Below are positions 1-11,982 of a stretch of DNA of 64,000 nucleotides, piece after piece. Source of the DNA: Octopus vulgaris. Its lineage: Eukaryota. The notes under the pieces were generated by a model. It made no database searches. It was not told the origin of the DNA and saw only the letters and a program-made list of their open reading frames with translations. The stretch is taken from positions 43,586,001-43,650,000 of the forward strand of contig OX597825.1 in assembly GCA_951406725.2 (NCBI GenBank). Reading direction: 5' to 3'. The stretch's first letter is position 1, and each line of letters starts with the position of its first letter. Position numbers and translations under genes: made by a program.

Positions 1-1030
1 ATGACACAGTTGAGATCTTTGTAGAACTGGTCCTTGGTCTCCTCTGAGCTGTAGAGAGTGGGAGCACAGATGCTGAGTAGATGTACTGAGCCAGAAGAAG
101 TCGAGAGGCGCAGTGAGAGGATACGCTCAGTGCCTCCTGGTGGTGGTTTTATTGAGGAGAGTAAAGAGTTTCTCATTGCAAAGCCAACGCCATGTTGACG
201 AGGTTCTTCTGGATCGCTTCCCTGCCAAAAGAAGGTGAAATCCTGCTCTTTGAGTTTGCCGTTTGAGGGAAGTCTTGTCTCCTGCAGCCCAGCAATATCT
301 ATGTTGAGCCTCTTTAGTTCACGGTCAATGATGGCCGTTTTCCTTGTGTCTTCAATCCTGAGAAGATCATCAGATATTCCAGGACACATGGTCCTGACAT
401 TCCAGCTTGCCAACCGCAGAACTGGTGTTTTCTTGACTTTTAGTTGCTTGCCTGGTGCAGAGGTTGCAGGCCGCTTTTCGAGTCATACTCTTAGCTCCAA
501 GCACCCAATGGAGCAGGCGACCTGTGGCGGGTCAGCACCTTATTAACTGGGGGCTGCCCAGCTTGAGGTGGGCAGTAGCTAACCAATAGGACACGGAGGT
601 CCCTCCCACCGGCAGAGGTAACCCGTAGCGCCCATATTTTACGCCAATCTGAATGGACTTATCACTCGTGACTGTTACCTCCCGTGTTGTTTCTGCAGCT
701 TTTTACAGCAGCACTGAAGTGTCCTCTCCAGTTTTGCGCAGGCCTGGGCTATAGATAAAAAAGTCCTGGGTAGCCCAATCGTCAGGTTTCCTCTCTCGAC
801 CTTGCTGATGTAGTCCAGTGGAGTGCAGTGCATTACGTTTGGCACCAGCTTGGTTGCAGGAGCTGCCGGAAGAGTGTCGAATCGAACACTAGACCGCCTT
901 CGGGGCTCCACTCCGGATTTCTTTGAATGTTGTCTCCTTTCCGTAACCTTGGATAGGGGCCCATACCGGGTACTGTCAGCCGGAGCCAGCTGAGCCTGGA
1001 ACTCGTGTCAGGCAGGGTCGTCACTCCCTG
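1..1030 (-). mobile_element. RTE-clade (BovB-like) LINE: 5' UTR and N-terminal AP endonuclease, running off the window start
   Basis: Minus-strand translation of about 440-1 reads LRLASWNVRTM...IIDRELKRLNIDIAGLQETRL...FTFFWQG...HGVGFA...ILSLRL...ICAPTL...KDQFY, the RTE APE signature. The GC-rich 450-1030 stretch is upstream UTR. Confidence 0.88.
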
Positions 1031-1142
1031 AAGTAGTGAAGAAGTTCGCTACCCACTACCTTTTCAAGTAATGTTAAATTATTAGATTTTTCTTTCTTTT
1101 GCCTACGTTTATTTTATATGTTTATTTTCAACCACTAATATT

Positions 1143-1174
<32 letters not shown>

Positions 1175-1275
1175 GTTGTAGTATCAGCAGCAATATCACT
1201 ATCAGCAGTAGCAGAGGCAGAGGTAATAGCAGTAGTTATGGCAGCAGCAACAGCAGCAGCAGCAGCAGCAGCTAA
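1143..1275. repeat. (CAG/CAT)n-type trinucleotide low-complexity tract
   Basis: Runs of cagcagcag with interruptions. Confidence 0.9.
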
Positions 1276-1339
1276 AAGCAATGTTTAACACGAAGGAACG
1301 GCATCCTACACCAGAGTATAACCTTTGCTTTCTTTCCGT

Positions 1340-2950
1340 GGCTCAGCAAGGGCTCTACTTACCCTTGACTGGTGCTGTTGGGGCCGACCTTACCGCACGT
1401 AAGGCAGCTTTTTCCTTCACTTCCCTCTTCAAGTACCCAGGTAGGGCCACAAGACTCCTGATGTTTTCAGGATGCCTTTCCTTTAACTGTTTGTATAGGG
1501 TTTCCCCTATACAAGCACATCTTTCATTTAAATTCCTGTGTTTGGGAAAAAGTTCTGAGAGATAATGGTTAACGACAATCTCGTCCATATACATGTCTTT
1601 AGTGTTGTACTCAATTAAGACTTCAGTGTCTTCTTTATCTTCTGAGGTAATGGAGCGGGGTCTTTCTTGTAACATGAGGTGCAGTGCTATTTTTCCTGTG
1701 AGGGATGGGAGTGGAGATGGCACATGAGCCCGTTTCCGAACTAATGTGTACTCCCCCTCGGACACCTCCATGGTGTCTTCTGGGGGAGTCGTCTTTTTCT
1801 TTACACTGGGTGCCTCAGATATCAAGGGGGTGGGGGATCTTGTTATCGTAGAGGTTTGTGTCTGCAGGGGTTGGATCGATTTGTTTTTGTGTTTGGAGGC
1901 TGGCACCGCAACAGGGATGAGTGAGAATGTTTGTCTTTGTAGGGGCTGGTGTGTGTGTAGGATTGGGGTTATTTTCACAATTGTAGGGCCTGGTATCTGT
2001 AAAAGTTTATCATCCTTTTATTTCTCCTCCTCCTTTCTCTCTTCACAATGGAGCCGAATGTGTCCCTTCTTTCCACATTCATAACAGGTGGGCTTTTTAC
2101 CCTCCACCTACACTCGAAGGGCTACGTTCTACCCCACGAGCACCCGATCTGGAAGTGCTTCAATGTCTTCTACAGCCCTTTGGATGATGGCTGAAATGTT
2201 TTGTCCTACCCAGTTTTGAGGGACAGAGCATGTGATTTGTAAAACTTTTATTTGGTTAAAGTGTTTGCTTTCTATGCAATACGCTTTAAACAGCACCGTT
2301 TTTCTTTCCGTTTCGATGTCGGAGGCGGGTGTTATTTTAATATCTCCGTCCTCCTCCTTCATCCTCTTGAAGTATTCCTTCAATTTTCCTTTTGAAATCC
2401 CAATCGACTCTGTCGTCACTACAGCAACAGCAAAAAACTTATTAGCACCTTCAGTGCAAATTTCTTCATCCTCCAACGTACATCTTTCTTTAATAACTTC
2501 GACCGACATACTTCGGTAGAAATTAATAAATACAAAAAAATGGACTTCCTCTAACGATGACAATATTAATAAAATAACTTTTTTTTGAGAAGCAGTTGTT
2601 CAAACACTTCCCCACTGAGGAGGGGAGTAGAAATATGCCTATAATGGCCAAAAAATGTTCAGATAGTATTTCACACAAAAATTATAATTTCCTGAATGGA
2701 AACCTACAAAAATGCAGTTTCAAATTCCGCACCAGCCACCCCTTCGTGGAGTCGTGACAAAACAAAAGCCTACCACTGCTTGAAAAAGTTTTAAATTTTT
2801 GTAAAATAATAAATGCCTTACCTTCCCGACGGGGAAGCGTAACACAGTTCAACGCGTAAAGCCACCAGAAGACAAACAGTAATCCAACAAGGACGGCACA
2901 GTTAGGTAATCCAATATAAGACGAATGCAACACGAAGACAACACACATCT
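1340..2950 (-). mobile_element. Degenerate gag-like ORF1 with CCHC zinc knuckle (L1/Tx1-like non-LTR element), plus putative 5' UTR
   Basis: ORF 2563-2129 continues past stops as NVALRV*VEGKKPTCYECGKKGHIRLHCEE (CX2CX4HX4C, about 2090-2045). It is followed by the Pro/Thr-rich ORF 1978-1355. No ORF2 follows. Confidence 0.65.
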
Positions 2951-2959
2951 GACTAGTAG

Positions 2960-3050
2960 CACGGTAAACTCAGAAATGACTGAAGCGGAAATTGGTCGCT
3001 TAGGTAAGCAAGCTACTTACGACTTACCACACAGCCACCCCTGCGCCTAT
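2960..3050 (-). mobile_element. tRNA-derived SINE head fragment
   Basis: Reverse complement ataggcgcaggggtggctgtgtggtaag...agcttgcttacc matches the SINE heads at 28298, 47608 and 52870. Confidence 0.7.
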
Positions 3051-3067
3051 ATATATATATACACACG

Positions 3068-3423
3068 TATGATGTTGGCCTCCGTGTTGATTGTGAGGCT
3101 GTGTGGAGGATGAATAGAAACATAATGTCGCCATTACTACTGATCACTCCAAACACCAGGATGCTGACTGGATGTTTGATTTTTATCTCTCTCTGCCTGT
3201 TTTTTTATCAATTTCAGCGCGATTTTTCTCACTCAGGGCGGGATTTTTATCACTTCCGGCGTGAATGCCAAGCAGTGCCGCAAATCGTTTCCAAATTTCT
3301 AGCAGAGTGAATTGAGTCATGGTGCCCAATTATACTGTATAGACGACAAAATAAAAACGAAACGATGAGCATGCGCGAAATTAATAATGTAAAACGATGA
3401 CAATTTACCCATTGCACCCTGTA
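3068..3423 (-). mobile_element. Tc1/mariner (maT-like) deletion derivative with one TIR
   Basis: TIR TA|cagggtgcaatgggtaaattgtc (reverse complement, 3393-3423) matches the TIR at 9012. Degenerate transposase VFGVISSNGDIM near 3090-3160. Confidence 0.7.
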
Positions 3424-3492
3424 TGTATAAATGAACTATGATATGTGTAGTAAGCATGAGTGCGTTTGAATCTACTTGTGCTTGTATACATG

Positions 3493-3526
<34 letters not shown>

Positions 3527-3589
3527 ATTTATATAATAATATATATAATGTGTGTGTGTGTATGTATATATGTATAAATATATATATTC

Positions 3590-4603
3590 AATGAGACTAA
3601 TAGTGGCAGGGCCCCAGGCGCCAACACAGCAACTAAGCCACTTCATTGATGTACTCCTCAAACCTTTATGCCCACAGATATCAAGTTACATAAGGGATGA
3701 CATAGACTTCCTCACACACATTCCAAATACAATTCCGAAAAGCACAATACTTGCAAGCTTCGATTTCTCAAACTTATACACGAACATACCACACACCCTA
3801 GGTCTAGAAGCGATAAAAAAAATCGGTAGAAAAATAAAGGGAACTCATAGTAAACCGTTTCAAGACAGACTTTATCACCCAAGCCACCCAATTAATACTT
3901 GAAGAAAACACATTCTCATCCAACAAGACATACTGACAGATAAAGGGCACGGCTATGGGTACAAAATTCGCACCTTCATATGCCAATTTGGTGATAGGTT
4001 TCCTTGAGAACAAACTATACGATGTAATAAGGAAACACGACTTCAGAGAAGACATCAAGAAAAAGTGGAAACACTACCTCGATGACTGCTTCATCTTTTG
4101 GAACAGATCAGAAGATCTACGAACATTCCACAACATCCTCAACACACTGCACCCATCTATCAACTTTACAATAGATACCAGCCACCACGAACTTCCCTTC
4201 CTAGACATCAACATCAAGATACACAACTCCATCATCACAGCAGACATCCACTACAAAAAAAAACGACACACACCAATATTTAAATTTCTACTCCTGAAAC
4301 AAAGAAAACATTATCCCTTTCATAAACACACACAACCCTGGAGTTACCAACATGTTTCAAATCATACATTCAAACCGACCAATAGTCCTACAAAGCCCCA
4401 AAATGGAAAACATAATAAACAAATATTGCATAAAAAACAGTAGACAAGACAAAAACCTGAAGAAACAACTAACAAGGGCGAAATTCTCATCAGAAGCTAA
4501 AACTGAATTCTTTGTAAAAGAGTGCGGAGATGGTAGATGTGGGATCTGCAGTAACCCCACCTACAAATATATAGAGGGAAACAAACAAATGAAATTTAAG
4601 AGT
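3590..4603 (+). mobile_element. Penelope-like element A: frameshifted reverse transcriptase through Cys linker
   Basis: SSYIRDDIDFL, ASFDFSNLYTNIP, GTAMGTKFAPSYANL, YLDDCF and LPFLDI motifs, ending in CGDGRCGIC. Confidence 0.9.
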
Positions 4604-6859
4604 GGTCACGGCCATGAATCAGATAGACATAGGAAGGACCTTATTGCTTTCTTTCAAAGGATGGGCTTACGGGTTACAATAGATGCTAACCTGAATAGTG
4701 TAGATTTTTTAGACGTAAATTTTAATGTAAGGTCGGATAGATTTAAACCTTTCCGTAAGCCCAATGAAAAGCTATCGTATATTAGCAAAGATTCGAACCA
4801 TCCACCAGTTATCCTTAGGAACTTAGTCAGCAATGTAGGTAGAAGAATATCTTCAATTTCTTCGGACGGGGCAGCATTCCATAATGCTGCACCTTATTAC
4901 CATAGCGCATTAAAGAATAGTGGATTCTCTGAGAAGATCCAGTACAACCAGATTAATGCTGGTAATAATGCTGCACGAAGAACTAGGACCAGGAAAGTTT
5001 TGTGGTTCAACCCGGCTTTCAATTTGGCCGTAAAGACTAATATAGGTAAGCAATTTTTGAGATTAGTCTCTAAACATTTTAAGCAGGGTTATAAGTTCTA
5101 TAAGATATTTAATAGAAGAACCCTGAAGGTTAGCTATTCTTGTTGCAGAAATTTCACCTCTTACATTAGCCAGCATAATAGGAATCTAATTGAGATTAGA
5201 CATGGTGCCGAGCCCATTAAGAAATGCAATTTCAAAAACGAAAACTCCTGTCCGTTGGAAGGGAAATGTCTAGTGAAAGGAGTAGTTTATAGAGCCAAGG
5301 TGCAAGTGGAAGGCTCATCGGAATACAAGACATACACAGGGGCTTCAGAAAATTCATTTAAAACACGATTTTATTCACATAAAAATTCATTTAAATACCC
5401 AGAGAATAGGAAGAGGACCAGCCTAGCAAAATATGTCTGGGAACTAAAAGAAAAGGAAACCCCACCTTTCAACGTGACATGGAGCATTCTGGACAGAGCG
5501 ACACCTTACAGGCATGGAGCACACAGAAATAATTTTAAATGCAAGCTTTGCCTATTAGAAAAAATGTACATTTTATTCAAAGACAATAATTCTTTGAATC
5601 AAAGAAGTGAGCTAATGAACTTATGTAGACACGCAACCAAATTTAAAATGTCAAATATAAATATACCATATGGATAGAGTATATATTTTGTATTTTTGAT
5701 TTTTGAAATTTTGATTTTGACTCTTGAACTAGTATGTAAACGCGACGATAGATTTGTTTCGCGCTATGCAGATTTCATTCCGTATAGCAAAGTCTTATAT
5801 TTCTACATATACATTAGGAAAAACCTTCGGCTTTGTTTATTTCATGTTATTGTATAGGATTACCTTGATTTTTAATTTATAGATGATCCAAAATAGGGTG
5901 TTATATTTTATATGTCTTTCGTATATTTTTTCATTATTGCACTCACCTTTTTTTAAAAAGCAATGTTGTCAAAAATTAGAATTTTGATATAAGTATGTGT
6001 ATAGCCATGGATATGTATTTGTAAGCATGCGTATCTGTATATGTGTAAGTGAGCGTATGTTTGTGCTTAAGCACACACATACACGACTGTATGTGTATGT
6101 ATCCATTCGAACTTGTGTATTTGTATACTTGTCTCCATATATGTCAATAACGCGGTTACACAGATTGTTACATAATTTTTCTTATTTCGTTTTTTCCACC
6201 ACCCCTCCTTTTTCTTTTTTCCTCCCCCCTTTTTCGTTCCTTTTTCTCTCTCTTCCTTTCTTTCGTTTTTTTCCTCTAACTGATACTGATACAACTTTAC
6301 GTCCCCCTTACTTAAGCTTTACTCAGTAAATGAGAAACGCTACATCGATGATTTTAACTTACGTGCGAAATAGAATGCGTGCATATTTGTATGCATGCAT
6401 TTGTGTGTATATTTTATATTTATATTTATACGTTTGTATATGTATGGCGTTTGCACGCATCCTTCTGTGTATGTTGATATATATATGTACACTTTAATAT
6501 AAATATGTATTGCAGTGTAATATTTATAATTTATAATAATTTCTATGCATTAATTATATTTTCTTCATTAACGTCAATATGTATTTTATTCAATGTAAGG
6601 TTTTTTCCTCGAATTTTTATAATTTTTTATATATATATATATACATATATTTTTGAGCTTTTTTTGTTTATCGCTCGAAGATTGACCGTTATTTCTAAAG
6701 GGCCAATCAAACAAGTCCATTTTTTTTAATGATGTAGCGTTTGTAAGAGTCTAGGTTGAATTGATATATCGGTTCCATTCTAGCAAAAACTGTCTGATGA
6801 ACGGCAACGAGAAACTCAGAGTAACAGATTTCGTTGAATTTTCTGCTGCTTTAAATAAA

Positions 6860-6860
<1 letters not shown>
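4604..6860 (+). mobile_element. Penelope-like element B: 5'-truncated, with open RT thumb plus GIY-YIG endonuclease, long 3' UTR and terminal HHR
   Basis: VDFLDVNFN, SNHPP, WFNPAFN..VKTNIG, KIFNRRTLKVSYSC, CPLEGKC..VVYRA...YTG..FKTRFYSH, TSLAKYVWELK, CKLCLLEK, LNQRSE...CRH; stop at 5677. Confidence 0.92.
6790..6827 (+). ncRNA. Minimal type I hammerhead ribozyme with canonical core
   Basis: ctgt-CTGATGA-a-cg-gcaa-cg-a-GAAA-ctc-a-gag-TA-acag: stem I ctgt/acag, 2-bp stem II, stem III ctc/gag, cleavage triplet GUA. Confidence 0.8.
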
Positions 6861-6891
<31 letters not shown>

Positions 6892-6921
6892 TATACAATA
6901 TGTTACATTACTCGGTAGTCA

Positions 6922-6984
6922 AGATAAAACTCTGAGTTTCAGATGCCGAATTGGAAATCCACAACACCATCTCTTCGGTTATCT
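6922..6984 (-). ncRNA. Hammerhead ribozyme variant (CCGAAGA core), copy 1
   Basis: Reverse complement of the 8756-8818 motif, with one substitution in stem II. Confidence 0.68.
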
Positions 6985-8755
6985 GGCTATTTGAAAACGT
7001 TATGAAAAAATACCGTTAAAAATGAAGGGAAATTACTCTGTTATAACTCTGCTTTGCCTGCGTACTTATACATCGCTCGCATTTTTCGTCATAAAAATTA
7101 TATAAAAATACATAAAAATATATAAAAATATATAAAAATATATAAAATCTTCTTGGGACATAACACAGAAAGCATGTTCTATCCGTTTTCTTTAGGGGAC
7201 CAAAAACGTAACAGAAATTTAGTCACATGTGGGCATGATCCGAAAAGCTCTGTCCTTGTATTTAGACATGTAGTAGGGTCTAAGCTGCTTTTCCAGATAA
7301 GCCATCTCTCCATGTCGCATAAACCGCACCTTCCGCTGCCGTTAGTATAGGGCTTACATCTGGCCAAAATCTTCCATTGTATGTTATAATCGACACCTTT
7401 ATCTCTTAAAGACCAAATATGATTGGATAATTGTGTCGCTTTTCTTTTGTTCCAGTGCCTAAAGCTCAAAGTGTGGTTATTGAACCTGGCCTTGAAATTA
7501 CCCTCTGTCAGGCCCACGTATTTCTTCGTCGAAACGGTGTCTTTAGTGGTTATAGAGTTTACGGTAGCTTCATATATGATGGTCTTGGACATGCAAGCTC
7601 CATTTAGCGGGCACAATTCTTTATTCCTGCATGAACAGCTGTTTTCTTCTTGTGTTTTTTGTATGTTATGATTGATTATGTTTTTAAAATTGGTAGTTGA
7701 ACTAAAACTAATTTTTAAATTGTGTCTATTGAAGAGTTTCCTATAAGCATGGTTAACTGGAAAATGTCTATCTATCAGTGCTATGAAATATTTACCTATA
7801 TTGAAGGCCACCTCGGGTGAGTAAACCAGATGACCTTCCTATTTCTATTATTCCTTTTCCTTATTGTTGGGCTGGTGATAGGTGTATATTTTATTTTTTC
7901 GCTAAAACCACTATCTTTTAAAGCTTTATTATAAACTGGGGCAACGCTATTGAAGATGTCCTCATTAGATGAGAGGCTAGAAATCCTCTTACTAATATTT
8001 TTAACTAAATTTTTGAATACTTTAAAAATTAGTTTTAGTTCAACTACCAATTTTAAAAACATGATCAATCATAACATACAAAAAACACAAGAAGAAAACA
8101 GCTGTTCATGCAGGAATAAAGAATTGTGCCCGCTAAATGGAGCTTGCATGTCCAAGACCATCATATATGAAGCTACCGTAAACTCTATAACCACTAAAGA
8201 CACCGTTTCGACGAAGAAATACGTGGGCCTGACAGAGGGTAATTTCAAGGCCAAGTTCAATAACCACACTTTGAGCTTTAGGCACTGGAACAAAAGAAAA
8301 GCGACACAATTATCCAATCATATTTGGTCTTTAAGAGATAAAGGTGTCGATTATAACATACAATGGAAGATTTTGGCCAGATGTAAGCCCTATACTAACG
8401 GCAGCGGAAGGTGCGGTTTATGCGACATGGAGAGATGGCTTATCTGGAAAAGCAGCTTAGACCCTACCACATGTCTAAATACAAGGACAGAGCTTTTCGG
8501 ATCATGCCCACATGTGACTAAATTTCTGTTACGTTTTTGGTCCCCTAAAGAAAACGGATAGAACATGCTTTCTGTGTTATGTCCCAAGAAGATTTTATAT
8601 ATTTTTATATATTTTTATATATTTTTATGTATTTTTATATAATTTTTATGACGAAAAATGCGAGCGATGTATAAGTACGCAGGCAAAGCAGAGTTATAAC
8701 AGAGTAATTTCCCTTCATTTTTAACGGTATTTTTTCATAACGTTTTCAAATAGCC

Positions 8756-8818
8756 AGATAACCGAAGAGATGGTGTTGTGGATTTCCACTTCGGCATCTG
8801 AAACTCAGAGTTTTATCT
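8756..8818 (+). ncRNA. Hammerhead ribozyme variant (CCGAAGA core), copy 2
   Basis: agataa-CCGAAGA-gatg..gtgga-tt-tccac..catc-t-GAAA-ctcagag-TT-ttatct: 6-bp stem I, extended stem II, cleavage triplet GUU. Confidence 0.72.
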
Positions 8819-8964
8819 TGACTACCGAGTAATGTAACATATTGTATAGATAAATTTCCTCTATTTACATAATATTGAGGTCTCTTTCTTTCTTTTGTTA
8901 TCTTACCGTTTTATCAATATATATATATATATATGTGTGTGTGTATATATATGTGTGTATGTAC

Positions 8965-9013
<49 letters not shown>

Positions 9014-9016
<3 letters not shown>

Positions 9017-9502
9017 GGTGAGATGGGTAAATTGTGTCCATTTTATATTTTTCACCTACATAAAATGCTTGAAGGCGATAGTGCTGCTCTGGGTCAAGAG
9101 GATGGCTGCTGGAAAACTTTATGTCTGGCCACAGGACTCTGCACAATGTCACACAAGCAGCAGAACTCAGTCGTGGCTGTCAGACAATTTCTGCTACCAG
9201 ATCACCCCTAACATCTGGCCACCTACTCTCCAGACTACAAACCCATTGCGTGCTTGGCGCAGTTGAGCGAAAACTCATTGTAACACCAAAGATGAACTTA
9301 AGGCAAGGATTATGGCAGCATTCACCAACTTAAACGAGGAGACCGCCCAGAAGAGTTTCAGGAATTTCCGAAGTTGTCGGCAGGCCGTGATTGAAGCCAA
9401 GATATTTTAATGTAATTTTGGTAAATATTTCTGTTAAAATGAGATGTCAGTGTTATTTTCCTTTTTACATAATTTAGACGACAGTATATTCACCGCATCC
9501 TG
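9014..9502 (+). mobile_element. Internally deleted Tc1/mariner (maT-like) element with TIRs and TA flanks
   Basis: TA|cagggtgagatgggtaaattg ... tattcaccgcatcctg|TA; transposase remnant YVWPQDSAQCHTS...NIWPP. Confidence 0.85.
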
Positions 9503-9534
9503 TATATATGCACGTATTTCTATGCTAAGAAAAT

Positions 9535-9900
9535 GCTTTTCTTTTCTACTCTAGGAACAAGTCCCTTAATTTTGTGGGAGGGTGCCAGTTATTAGATCAA
9601 TTCCAGCATGCAACTGGTGCTTAATTTATCGACCCCGAAAGGATGAAAGGCAGAGTCGACCTCTACGGAATTTGAACTCAGAACATAATGACAGACGAAA
9701 TACCTATTTTTCTTTACTACCCACAAAGGGCTAAACCCATACGGGACAAACAAGGACAGGCAAACGGATTAAGTCGAATACATCGACCCCAGTGTGTAAC
9801 TGGTACTTATTTAATCGACCCCGAAAGGATGAAAGGCAAGTCGAGCTCGACGGAATTTGAACTCAGAACATAAAGACAGATGAAATACCGTTAAGCAATT
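9535..9900 (-). mobile_element. Two tandem partial SINE copies (family with gcctttcatcctttcggggtcgat core)
   Basis: The motif atcgaccccgaaaggatgaaaggc...ggaatttgaactcagaac occurs twice here and again at 31340, 42295 and 47175. Confidence 0.85.
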
Positions 9901-10794
9901 TTAGGTCATACATACACTTAATACAATTTTAATACATCTAAATTTCGCTCGTCGAAAAAGAATTTGTATTATAATAATGTGAATAACGAAGTGCCCTGTC
10001 CAGAATGCAGCATATGATGTTAAGCAAGTTGTTTCGATAATTCCCGCAGTTTTGTAACTGCCAGCATTGCATCCGTGATAAACTGCAGTTAGCAATATCT
10101 ATCATTACGAAAAAATACTTATGTCATTGTTGCAACCAGTGGTAGTCTTTGTTAATAAGCTTCAAACTTTGACCGCTGATAATACAGACGTACCATCTTC
10201 ACACTAGATGGCCGGCATACAATGATAGGCAATACAAATCTTGCTTGCTGAAGCGCAAATCATTCGTTTGATCGGTTGCACTACAGAATCACTGCCGCTG
10301 CTAAGGTAAAACACCTTTCACAGTAATGACTAATTGGCTGACTGATGCCAACCAACACCATGCCTAAGCTGACACATGGGGTATCTAGTTCAAACAATTA
10401 CTGTTTCTTAATATATCAAACTGTGGAATATCGGCAAGTCTACTAAAATCGTGTCTGCGCTACAAGAAACACATGACCATAACAACAAAATAATAACAGC
10501 CAACACATGATCTGAACTAATCAATGGAAACCTAATTACCAAGACGACATTTTAAATTTCTTTTGAATTCTCTCCACTCTCACAAAACAAGTGATAAGTT
10601 AGACGTGTACTACGTTCACAAAACTTTACATAGTACACAGTGAAGACAATGTTCTCACATGCATTTTACTGAAATTAAATGTGTTGAGTGCTACGTACTT
10701 TCAGTTCACTCACTCACGCACAAATACACACGCGTTTATAATTACATAATGTGCTGTGTGTTCATGCATATATATATAATAAAAAAAATTTTTT

Positions 10795-10865
10795 TAATAA
10801 TAATAATAATAATAACAATAATAATAATAATAATAATAGTAGTAATAATAATAATAGTAATAGTA

Positions 10866-10946
<81 letters not shown>

Positions 10947-10975
10947 GTAATAATAATAATGATAATGATAATAAG
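10795..10975. repeat. (AAT)n microsatellite
   Basis: Direct reading. Confidence 0.97.
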
Positions 10976-11367
10976 TGACAACAAAAGAATGAGACCTCGA
11001 TATTAGATAAATAGAGGATTACTTATGTATATTATAATTTAGAACAAGCAGTAAGTTATCATTCGGAATTCCGAATGTCGGAGCGAAGAGCTACGATGCA
11101 TTCTCGTCAGCTATTACTGGCAATAGACGCTACGAAAAATCGTTGAATAACAGGGAAGTTATTCTAATTGGTATGAAAAGATAAAAGAAAAAATATAAAA
11201 ATTACACGCAACCATATTTTCACAATACATAGACGTTAAATCTCCTGCGTTCATAACGTCTACATACGTACACACTCACACAAACATGTATACATACATA
11301 TACATACACACACAGACATGAATGTGCACATACGTACTCATACATACACAAATATCTACACACACGC

Positions 11368-11399
<32 letters not shown>

Positions 11400-11589
11400 T
11401 TGTGTGTACGCAACTTCATCCTCATATGCACATAGGTGTTTGTACGCATACACATAACATAATACATATATATTTAGGCATTTATACATATAAATGAATG
11501 TGTATTACCATTATTGTTTTTACGTTTTTGTATTCTTATTTGTGGTTTCCTTATTGTTTTCACGTATTTTTGTATTTTTATTCGTGTAC

Positions 11590-11830
11590 ATCGTCCGTTT
11601 TTCCGTCCTTGTGTTGTATACATTCGAGGCTTTCTTCCAAGGGATCTAATGCGCTTGGCTTAGATTACCCTTGGTGACTGCCCAGGTCGGAGCAATCTCA
11701 AGATTAATCAGCCGAAATTGCGAAGATGATCCGGTTCTTGACTGATGACTGAGGGCTTCGAATGTCCCGTCCTGTGGTTCTTGTGTCATCTTCTAGGTGT
11801 TTCACGTTCTTGTCCCAGTTTGTATATATT
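11590..11830 (+). repeat. Interspersed non-coding repeat, homologous to 27770-28020 (minus)
   Basis: Shared blocks gctttct.ccaa, taatgc.ctt.gcttagatt, ctcaag, gccgaaa, tgatga.ctga.ggc, cgaatg..ccgtcctg. Confidence 0.7.
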
Positions 11831-11982
11831 TTTTACTTTTTACATATATATATATATATATAGGAATACATTCACGCTCTCGCATACACATACACACAGA
11901 CACACACATATATATCTATATACATTCTCCTATCACACACCTACACCCGCACATATACAAATATATGCATATACATATAAAT

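Larger units (their letters stand above)
6891..8915. mobile_element. Penelope-like element C: 5'-truncated minus-strand copy (about 8020-6891) joined to an inverted plus-strand copy of its 3' part (8021-8849, plus tail)
   Basis: Near-identical GIY-YIG ORFs on opposite strands (7811-7179 and 7950-8561). Inverted arms are 6891-7719 and 8021-8849. The spacer continues the minus-strand RT thumb. Flanked by (TA)n. Confidence 0.93.

Noticed and set aside
235-546. Plus-strand 103-aa ORF
   Set aside because: Antisense shadow of the RTE endonuclease frame.
530-1030. HDV-like or twister ribozyme in the RTE 5' UTR
   Set aside because: GC-rich and probably structured, but I could not build either consensus fold by eye.
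10659-11006. Poly-Ile, poly-Asn, YI-repeat and CV-repeat ORFs here and throughout the track
   Set aside because: They are translations of (AAT)n, (TA)n and (TG)n microsatellites, not genes.
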